Below, in pieces: positions 53,705 to 64,000 of a DNA stretch of 64,000 nucleotides. The first letter of the stretch is position 1. Each line of letters starts with the position of its first letter. This stretch comes from Eledone cirrhosa (lineage: Eukaryota): the NCBI GenBank assembly GCA_964016885.1, contig OZ024740.1:278008001-278072000 (forward strand). Reading direction: 5' to 3'. Both the position numbers and the translations under genes were made by a program. The notes below the pieces were generated by a model that worked only from the letters and a program-made list of their open reading frames with translations, had not been told where the DNA came from and did not search any database.

Positions 53705-56700
53705 ACATGGCGATCGTTGTGGTCAGTGTCCGATAATCGGACGTGTGTAATTACGCCTTACATGAAGGCAACATACCATATATTGGAAAAAGTTGAGCTA
53801 CATTACGCGGTAAGATTACATACAATAATTCTACATAAGTGTTTGAACTGTAAGTGTGTTGTAAAACACCTATTTATATGAACGATACATACACTTATGA
53901 TATATGAACGATACATACACTTTAACATATAAATGCAACGTTGTTATATTACATTTATAAAGAAATATACAAGTAACGTTTTCGATTCAGAAACAAAAAC
54001 ATAAGTGTTTGAACTGTGAATATGTTGTGAATAAGTTGTAGAACACCTATTTATATGAATGATACATAAACTTTAACATATAAATACAGCGTTGTTATAT
54101 TATATTACAATCATAAAGAAATATACTAAGTAACGGTTCTTTTTCTCCTCGATTCAAACGATTCAAGAACAACGTTTAAAACACAGTTGTAGAATTAAAA
54201 ACTAACTGAAAAGAAATATTACCCAAGCTGTGAATAACTTTAAATTTGATTCTGACAGAACTTTGTCGTAACTTTTAAAGAAGATCATCGACTATTTTGA
54301 AAAATAAATACGAAATATTAGTGAATAGACGAATTTATCATGGCAAAAAGTACAAGTCACCTTCGACCAAATCGCAATTACAACCGTTGTACACCGTGGA
54401 GCTACGAGCTTAACAAAGTATTATATGAAGCATACAAACAATCTGAACCCCAAAAGTTCGGTTTTATGCAAAGGCTAAAAACTTTATGGAACTCCAAACA
54501 CCCAGAATTAGACTTTTCTTCAAAGCATTTAAATGAACAGGCAAAACGTATCATTAGATGTAATTTGATACATCTAATGGAATTGAGTGATACTACAAAT
54601 ACAGCCCTTGTAGACAACCACCCCACCTCCACTGACAGACAAAGAGAATGGCCAGCTAATTCTAACAGTGAACAGCTCACCAACAATTTTGCTGAAATCC
54701 ATCCCACTTCCACTGAAGAACAGCGAGAAAGGTCAGCTGATTCTAGTAGTAATTGTCACCACATCAACAACGAGGCTGAAATTCATGACTCTACTGAACA
54801 AACAGAGCACCGAAAACTTGTGGGCTCCCTACAAGTGATATGGAACGATATGTTTCAAGAGATACACAGCCTTAATGTGAGTGACATACAACACTAGAGT
54901 CAGTAAAGAACCAACTAAATTGGAATTTGAAGCGGTGAACGAAATAGCTGGCAATTATCTGAAGGCTATACGATCTAAATGTGTAGAAACGACATTTGAA
55001 ACGCTTAATGTTTTGTTATATGTTTCAGCTGTCACATTGCTATCATATAACACACATCTAAAACCACGCAATCGAGATACAAACAGAAAGCCTGAACCAG
55101 CGTGGATGCGAAATTTAAAAACCAAAATTTTGTCCTTGAGACGAAGTATCTCACACATCGCAGTCGTTATGAAATGCAACATAGAGAGCAACTTCACACG
55201 ACACCAGGAATACCTAAAGAAAAAGTTAGAGAGACGATTTGGAGATACAAAATTTAAAACTTTGAACTCCAAATTACACCAGTTGAAACAACAACTCACA
55301 GCTACAACAGAAAGACTAAAATATAAGTCAACAGCACATAAACGACAAGTGCTAAATAGATTGTTTGCCAGAGATCCTAAATCAGTTTATCGCAGCTTCG
55401 GTGGCAAAAGCTCAATCTCTGTAAATGACACCCCTTCAAAAGAACAGGTTGAGAGCTACTGGAGATCTGTATGGGAAATGGATGACGGATTCAACAGACA
55501 AGCCAATTGGCTAAAAGAACTGGAACAGGACTACTGCCAACATGTCCAGACAAAACAATATGACATAGATGGGTCAATACTGGAAACAGCTCTACAGAAA
55601 ATGTCGAATAGGAAATCGCCAGGCCCAGACCTCATTACGGATACTGGTTGAAGAATTTCACTTTCTATCGGAGAGATCTCATACGGCTGTTTACGGAAAC
55701 CATTAAGGGCACACAAGAATTGCCCAGATGGTTATCAACTGCCTCTACTCTCCTCATTCCCAAAAATAGCCAAACCACCCTTGCTAAAATTTACCGCCCA
55801 ATTGCCTGCCAAAACATCATGTATAAATTATATACTGGGTGCCTTAACCTGTTCTTACAGAATCACTGTGCTACCGACAACATCATAACACCTGAGCAAG
55901 CTGATGGAAAGAGGGAGGTGTGGGGTTGCATAGATCACCTACTAACTAACAAAATGATTCAGGAAAAAAACAACAAAGAATCGCAGAAACATGACTGTTG
56001 TGTGGCTGGACTATCAAAAAGCATTTGAAAGTGTACCTCATGGGTGGATTGTTAAGGCTTTACAGTTAGCTAAAGTCCCACAACCATTGGTAGCTGCTGT
56101 TGAACGCCTGACCAAGAACTGGTACACCAGTTTGATCCTTAGAGGTGAGAAGGAGCAGGTTAAGACTGATAAGATACATTACCAGAAGGGCATCTTTCAG
56201 GGTGATAGCTTGTCAGTGCTACTCTTCGTTCTCTCACTGAATCCACTATCTTACCTACTCAGGAAACAAGGTGGACAAAGAAGTGGGCCCAGAAGTATCT
56301 CCCATCTTTTCTTTGTTGATGACCTGAAGTTGTATGGGCCAAATATCAATGACATCAAGAAACAATTGGACCTCATTACACAATTTTCAACCGACATCAA
56401 AATGAAATTTGGTGAGTCCAAGTGTGCATATTTGGCAGTAAAACGTGGAAGAGCTGTGCCCTCCTCTAGAAATCTAGAGATGAACGGCCTGACAATACAA
56501 CCTCTGCAGTCAGGGGACAACTACAGATATCTTGGACAGGATGAGAATGTCAGATATGATGGACCCATAAATAAGGAGAGAACCAGAACTGAATACCTCA
56601 GAAGAGTAAAGAAAATATTGTCATCAGAACTGTCAGCATACAACAAATACATTGCCCACAATACTTATGCTGTGCCAATTCTAACGCCAACATTTGGCCT

Positions 56701-57924
56701 ACTGAACTGGTCATTGCAAGAACTAAGTGAGATGGATGTTAGAACTCGAAAACTTCTCAGTGTTACTGGCAACTTTAACATCAATGGTGATGTGGATAGG
56801 CTATACTTCTCACGCAAGGAAGGTGGCCGGGGTCTAAAATCAATATTAACAACATATGAGACCCGGATAGTGACACTGAAGCAACACCTTCAACAGAGGA
56901 AAAAGGTTGGCAACCATCTTGCCCAGGTTTATGCCCATGAAAAAAGAAATATCATTAGAATAGCGACTGATTTGGAGGAGAGATATGGAATAAAGCCTGA
57001 TATAAATCTCTCACCCAGAGAAATCGCAAGATCCTATTCAATGTTCAAACAAGATAAAAAATTGACCAATTTACAGAAAAAGTTGTGCATGGATACTTGA
57101 GGCGTAAAACACAGACCATAGAGGGGATAAACCACTCAAAAAGCCTGGCATGGAGTTCCGACAAGTTTATGACATCACACCTTGAGGGATATCTCTATGC
57201 AATACAGGAACAAGAACTCCCTACCAAATATCTGCTGCACAAAAGGGGAGGGCCAGCAGCTGACAATAAATGTAGGCTATGTAAAACAAAGATCGAGGAT
57301 GTAAGCCACATTGTTGCCAGCTGCGAAAGAATGTCATCTCGCTACTACCTCCCCATGAGACACGATGGGATAGCTAGAACCATCTGGAACGCACTTCGGA
57401 AAACAAAATTAACAACAAACGAGGAAGAATATATTGAGACAGATGGCACTAAGGAATACTGGTGGAACCTGAAAATAAAAACTGCCACCAAATTAAAGCA
57501 CAACCGGCCTGATATTGTAGTTTGGGACCACACATTGAAAACGTGTTCTGTTGTGGAGATCAGCTGCCCACTTGATGTAAACGTTGTCAGAAAAATACAT
57601 GAGAAGGAGGACATCTACGGACCATTGATAAGGAGTTTACAAATCCAGTATCCAAGATACACCTTTAGCTTCATACCCATAATTATTGGTGCTACGGGTT
57701 ATATACCAACCCGCTTGGACCAAAGTATGACTGAACTTGGATTTGCGGACAAAAAGCACAGCTCCCTAATTCATAGTCTACAAATGGCTGCGATAGCTGG
57801 TACCTTCAAAATTTGCAAAACATTCTTGCGATTCAAGGGATGACAATTTCTTTTCTTTTACAACCTTGCCACCAGGAAGGTGGCCGGTCCAAAAAATATA
57901 CTCGAAATTAAGAGAAAGAGAAAA
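53705..57924 (+). mobile_element. Apparently full-length R4/Dong-like RLE non-LTR retrotransposon (copy E), flanked by (CATA)n
   Basis: It has a ~635-bp 5' UTR, a single ORF broken into frames 54340-57843 and a short 3' UTR ending ...gagaaagagaaaa. (CATA)n lies at 53685-53704 and 57925-57950. Confidence 0.92.
54340..57843 (+). pseudogene. RT-RLE polyprotein (~1170 aa) with about 4 frameshifts
   Basis: An N-terminal Myb-like segment (PWSYELN...GFMQRLKTLW...LNEQAKRI) is followed by KSPGPD, YRPIAC, WLDYQKAF, GIFQGDSLS and SHLFFVDDLKLY (RT). The C-terminus has CRLC..H...C (CCHC), RHD and HNRPDIVVWD..VVEISCP..EK (PD-(D/E)xK nuclease). Indels relative to sibling copies lie near 54885, 55637, 55970 and 57060. 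Confidence 0.93.
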
Positions 57925-58404
57925 CATACATACATACATACATACATACAGGCATTCATACATATATAGCGGTTTTATATTAAAATTACTATATTTTGCC
58001 GAACGAAGTAAAATATTATAATTCTTTTAAAAAATCAATGCAAAATGTATTTTCAGTTTTCCCTTGTTATATACAAGTTGAAAATGACGCTAATATATTC
58101 CTTTACTTTCATTCTAAGACATAAAAAGGAAGAACATTATTTTCCTTTAGAATATCAAATTACAAAGATAATAGCGTTGGGAGAATCTTAACATTTATGA
58201 AATGACTTAAGCAAAAACCCTTCAAGTATCAATATACTTGTTCTATCCTCTATAATAAAATGATAGAAATGGAAACTCTTATATAATCTAATGTATTATT
58301 CCTTCTTAGTTGTTCACATATGTATTCACTGATTCTAACAAAGATATTTTGTTCTCTTCTACATTAATGATCCAGACGAATGAATATTTCCTGGGTATTC
58401 ATAC

Positions 58405-58529
<125 letters not shown>

Positions 58530-58636
58530 CACACAGAGATTGGACCGTCAATCGATCTGTTTAATCAGCTCTTAAATATTACTGGAATTCTATAAGAATT
58601 AAGCTTCTTTAATTTTCGGCAAAAGCAGGGAAGTGT

Positions 58637-59890
58637 GTGGTCTTGATAAACGCTAACAAGAGAGATTTATTTATAATTAATTCGCTACATAGAAAAATAC
58701 CTGGTGTAACCGGAGGATTATATCGTGATGACATGCTTTTACTTATTGAAAATAATAACTCTGAACTAAATAGGAAAAGAAAACAAATTATACAATTTTT
58801 TAATCACCTTAATCTAAAAATAGAAATAGAGAATAACCATAGAATAGTCAATTTCCTAGATGTAACACTAAATCTCAACACATGTCTTCACTATCCTTTT
58901 CACAAACTAAATGAAAACTTGAATTATGTCAGTTTTAACTCTAATCACCCCAGATCTGTTAAAAATACTATAGTGAACTCTGTTCAAGAACGTATCTCAA
59001 GAATTTCATCTAATAAAAATATTTTCGACGAAAAAGCGCAGTATTACAATGAAGCGTTAGCTAGAGCAGGATATAGTGATAAAATTATGTACATCGATAA
59101 TAATAGGCAAACTAACCAATATAACAACAATTTTAATTACGGTAACAACTTTAACAACTATAATAGAAAACATTACAATAATTCCAAAAGCCAGAAAAGA
59201 AATAGAACTAGAAATATAATATGGTTTGCACCCCCTTTCTCACTAAATATTAAAACCCACATTGCTAAACTATTTTTTAATGCTCTTGACAAACGTTTCC
59301 CTAGAACACATAAATATCACTCAATTTTTAATAGACATACTATAAAATTAACTTACTCGTCCACCAAAAACTTAGCACAAAATATTAACTGAATAAATAA
59401 TAGGAATCTAAAACCTAGCCAAAATACCGATAATAGCCTAAACAATATTCAACTAAACAACTGTAACTGTAGAAATAAATCTAAATGTCCGTTAAATAAC
59501 AATTGCTTAGTTAAAAATATAATATACAATTGTAATGTTAAAACTGACTTAAATTCTTTTAACTATGTTGGTTCCACCTCGACAGAATTTAAACTTCGCT
59601 ATAATAATCATAAGAATTCTTTCACAGATCCAGGCAAAAAATCTTCAACTTCACTATCAGGCTTACTCTGGCAACTTAAACATGATAACGTTGGATATTC
59701 GTTGTTTTGGAATATAGTCTCAAGAGGGATTCCTTTTAATTCCTCATCTGAGACATGTGACCTCTGCGTGGAGGAGATATTCTTTATATTAAAATCTAAA
59801 AATTCCCTTAATCTAAGGAGCAATGTATTCAGTTGCTGCAGACATAGATTGAACTCAACGTTTAAATATAAATATAAATTTAAAATGTAG
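58637..59890 (+). pseudogene. 5'-truncated Naiad-like PLE ORF (RT C-terminal half plus GIY-YIG) with one in-frame TGA
   Basis: GGLYRDD, VNFLDVTLNL, SNHP and IIWFAPPFS precede a TGA at 59390-59392. The same frame then continues through CNCRNKSKCPLNNNC, YVGST, CDLC and CCRHR to TAG at 59890. Confidence 0.9.
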
Positions 59891-61241
59891 TATATTTAGT
59901 TAAGATATTTATTTAATTAATTATGAAACATGACGATAAATCTTTCGATTCCTTCAACTTTTTCTTTTTTAAACCTTCTTCATAAATATATACTAATGAT
60001 GTAATTAAACTACCCTTAAATGTTGATGCTCCCAATCTATTGAATAAATTTTACGCTAGATAAACTTCTATACTAAATATAAGAGCATCTGTAGAACAAC
60101 AGGGTCTCCTAAATCTTTTAAATGATTTCTGCTAAATAAGTCTTGTTGAATAATTTTGGTTTTTTGTTTGCTTTTGATTCTGATTGCTTCTAATGAACTT
60201 GGCAATGTATTGTCAGATAAATTGGAAGGGTTGATTTCTGTGGTTGATATGGGGGGCATACTGTGTTTTTTAAAGCCCTAGACACTCTAGGGAGTGATGA
60301 AAGTATTCTTAGCGTTTTGATATATTGATATCTGTTGTCTATTCTATACATGAACGATAATCATGTATGGTAGGGCAGGAATATTAATATTAATATATAT
60401 TTTATATTTTTATGTATGTGTATGTATGTATATATATATATATAGTAAAATCTTTTATAACGCAAGGGAAAATTTATTCATGTGAAATGAGAAATTACAG
60501 AGCTGATCACGTATGCTCACGTGTATATCTATAGTGTCAACTAGAACTTGAGATGACCTTCTCTTTTTCTCTTTCTTTCTTTTTCCGGAAAGTACATATA
60601 TACTTATGTATTTTGAAGTTTTATCTCAGGTTTTTGATATATCGACCTAAGAATTTTTAAACTAAACATATGGTCATTATTTTTCACACATTATATATCT
60701 ATGTCTCATTCATGAATATTGATATCTACAGTATAATACCCAATTCTTATAAATTGATAATTCAAATTGATAGAACATAACGTAAAGTTGTAAATCTGTC
60801 ATCTTTCTATCTAGATATAGCTTTCTTCTCCTCCCTCTATACATGATGTAATCTATGTATCGCTGTTTTCTCTTTAGTTAATTTTTATTTTTCTCCGTCT
60901 CCTTAACACTATAACTAAATAAATAAATAAATAAATAATTACAGTACTCCCTCCCCCCCCCCTAAATCTCTCATTTTGCATGTTGAATTATTATTATTTA
61001 TCTGTTACCTCAGCTGCCTCTCATTTTTCACCTCCTCACTATTTTTCTCTCTCCCATATCTCTCTCTATCTCTCTCTGTTTTTCTTTACATACATTTACT
61101 CCTTCTCTCCGTCTTTCTTTTCTAACTGTACTTAACACTAAATATTTACAAACATCTCACTACCAAAGCAACTTTTTTAAATGGAAGTTGTTCAAAATTC
61201 TATGGTACGTCAAATTTATTTATAAAACTGCTTATATATTG

Positions 61242-61307
61242 TATTTTATCTGAAGAAGGCATGCCATATTTTTAATATGGTATCCCTGAAATATGTATAA
61301 TGAAATA
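61242..61307 (+). ncRNA. Hammerhead family A
   Basis: tattttat-CTGAAGA-aggcatgccatatt..aatatggtatccct-GAAA-tatgta-TA-atgaaata. Confidence 0.75.
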
Positions 61308-61434
61308 AATATGGTTTTATAAATATAGTTTCCATTTGTTTAATATCGTATATCTACTCCAAAACTTGTTGAGTGCTTTATATCAGTTATAAAATATTTA
61401 CTCGTTGTAACCCAACAATTTTAAATAAAACTTT

Positions 61435-61499
<65 letters not shown>

Positions 61500-61505
<6 letters not shown>

Positions 61506-61818
61506 AGGAGGTGAGTTTTATTGTAGTACAATAAAGCAATGCAGATATCGGATAAGAAGCACTCTACAGTTTGTAGGACTGGAGTATACATAATATATAA
61601 GAACAAAAGATGGTTAAAAGAGTTCCATGTATTTTATTATGCGCATTTCAAAAACAAATATCATCATGCAATAACATTTGTGTTTTCATCAGATAAAATA
61701 GGAAGACATGATATGAAGGTTAAAAAACACTTGTGAATAGTGCAGTTATTGCATGATGATATTTGTTTTTGAAATGCGCATAATAAAATACATGGAACTC
61801 TTTTAACCATCTTTTGAT

Positions 61819-61822
<4 letters not shown>
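61500..61822. repeat. Family C PLE end with an inverted partial copy
   Basis: 61597-61675 is inverted at 61746-61824. It is homologous to 27145-27290. Confidence 0.8.
61630..61700 (-). ncRNA. Hammerhead family C, intact core
   Basis: Reverse complement reads tattttat-CTGATGA-aaacacaaatgttattgcatgatgatatttgtttt-TGAAA-tgcgca-TA-ataaaata. Confidence 0.8.
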
Positions 61823-61872
<50 letters not shown>

Positions 61873-61936
61873 TATATATAAATACTAAAATGAAAATACA
61901 AATATTAATAAAATAGATGTTCTTTTGATCAATTAA

Positions 61937-61990
61937 ATTTTATTATACATATTTCGGAGGTACAACACTACGTCCTCTTCAGACAAAATA
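61937..61990 (-). ncRNA. Hammerhead, additional family
   Basis: Reverse complement reads tattttgt-CTGAAGA-ggacgtagtgttgtacctcc-GAAA-tatgta-TA-ataaaat. Confidence 0.7.
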
Positions 61991-61994
61991 TAAT

Positions 61995-62179
61995 TGTTTC
62001 TACGTTAGGCACAAGGCCAGCAATTACCAGTGCATTACTGGTACTTTATTTTATCGACCGCGTAAGGATGAAAGGCAAAGTTAACCTTGGCGGGATTTGA
62101 ACTCAGAAAGGCAAGGGCCGTAACTCTATACGTCAAAGCATGGCGTCCGACCCTCTACCAATACTGCCAATCCACCGCA
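61995..62179 (-). mobile_element. SINE fragment (octopus-type) with a 16-bp target site duplication
   Basis: tcagacaaaatataat occurs at 61979-61994 and 62180-62195. The body motif is ggatgaaaggcaaagtt.acct.ggcgg.atttgaactcagaa. Confidence 0.75.
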
Positions 62180-63601
62180 TCAGACAAAATATAATGATAC
62201 ATGACATACCCTGAGGTGTTAAATGGTTAAGATTTAATCAAGGTAGTGATTAACCTAAGAGAAAACTCAACATTTATACCCTAATAATGAGAAAATGCGA
62301 AAACATAATAAATTCATTAGAGAATGTGTGAGTAAGAAAAACGTTGGATAATGTGACAGCTATAGAGATTTTAAAATGTAGGATACTACAAGTTATGGTT
62401 ATCTAGGAAAACATGTCATGAATTATAACAGTCCATGAGGGCCACTGAAAGAGGATTTAAAGAGAGGGAAAGATAAAGGGGAGTAATATATGCTGGAAGA
62501 GATTTTTTCCAAAAGCTAAACGGTTAAGTTTCAAAATATTTAATTTATGTTATATGAGGGTGCAGAATCAAGATTTTAGGTTTTTTTTTAAGTTGCTGGT
62601 TATTTATATTTATTAATTTTATAAATTCTATAAGTGTGTTAACATTTCTAACCTTCTGAATTTTATGAGGATAAAATTTAAAGCGAAAGGAAAATTTACA
62701 CTGTTGAATATTTTCCTAAATGTAAACTTTAACGAAGATTATCTATAAAAATATCGACATTTTCGGTATGTAAAGCTTATGAAGTACATATTGTTAGAAA
62801 TATTTAAATAACGATTATGTATATAGATATATATTAATGAGTCAGTATATTTTAGGTAAATGATAACGAATATAAAATAATAGATTGAAGCATGCTAAAG
62901 TTAAATAGATACCTATATATAAAACGGTGTAAATGCATGAATTATTCACAGTTCAAAATAAATAATAATCTAAAAATTTAGAAGTTAACTAAAAATTATG
63001 TATAGAGAGATACAGGGAGGTATATATATAGATATATATTAATTATTAGTGATACAGTATATTTTAGGTAAATGATAACGATTATAATCTTATATAATAG
63101 ATTTCAACGTGTTACAGTTAAATACATACATATATATAAGAAAAATAATAATAAATGCATGGATAATTCAGAGTTCAAAATAAGGTCCGTAATAATTTAT
63201 AGTTTGGATATTTGCTCTATATATGAATCATGGATATAAAAATACGGTAAGTATATTTAAAAACTTACAAAAGATAATTACATACATATTATAAATAAAA
63301 AATAAAAAATGTAAACACATGAAAGATTCACAGTTACAAATAAGTTCCTTAAAAATATACGGGTTGGATATTTAAACTAAAATTTAAAACTTAGATAGGA
63401 AAATAAATATAGAGAAATAATGGTATGGATCAAAGTTAATAATATTATGTTATGTATATCAACGTGTGAGCGTGTTATTGAACAATTGTCATTCATTCTA
63501 TAGATAGTTATAAGATAATGCAATATTACTGAAGAGTGCTTCCAATCTACTGTAAATCTCATTCTTTGATACTTTGATACTCATTGAATCTTGTTTAACT
63601 C

Positions 63602-63650
<49 letters not shown>

Positions 63651-64000
63651 TAAAGAATATAAAACAGATGTTATTTTCTCTTCTGTTCTAGTCACCACAC
63701 CAAAATGGCATAAACGGATCGAGTGAATAGAGACGAATGACGATTAATATTTGATTCTGTCTACTGGAAGGAGAGTATTTTCTTAAACATATAAGAAAAT
63801 GTGGTCCCCCAACTCAAGCCAATTGAGGCGTTCCTGTGTGGTCATTCCATGCTAAAACCTGCAAGAAATTCATCACAATATCACACAATGCCTTCTTACA
63901 TGAACCCCGTGACACCCTCGAGGTGGGGGGCGAATAGCAAAATTATATTACAGGCAGGTATTTAATGTCTTGGGTGGTTAAAAAATATTCCTACCATCAT

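Noticed and set aside
60068-60259. Possible GIY-YIG remnant (LEAIRIK)
   Set aside because: Too short and degenerate to support.

Overview
This is AT-rich, microsatellite-dense eukaryotic DNA with no supportable host gene. The SINE motifs resemble octopus families, which is an inference from memory. Two microsatellite-linked retroelement assemblages dominate. (1) (TA)n-associated Penelope-like elements (PLEs) have Naiad-like proteins (YRDD RT, CxC-x5-C linker, C-terminal GIY-YIG). They include one near-complete copy bounded by ~435-bp inverted pseudo-LTRs (16271-20131), several fragments and many short asymmetric fold-back insertions. About 15-20 type I hammerhead ribozyme (HHR) motifs, intact or degenerate, can be read by eye. 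(2) A ~22-kb cluster (35995-57950) built on (TACA)n holds five copies of an R4/Dong-like restriction-like-endonuclease (RLE) LINE, one apparently full length, plus one older relative. These alternate with an opposite-strand ~600-bp bipartite non-autonomous RTE-derived element that has an (ATGT)n tail. Junctions suggest the array grew by unequal recombination between two LINE copies. tRNA-derived SINEs, a MITE, Helitron-like ends and an RTE fragment are also present. Most short ORFs in the supplied track are microsatellite artefacts. Coordinates were read by eye and may be off by a few bases.
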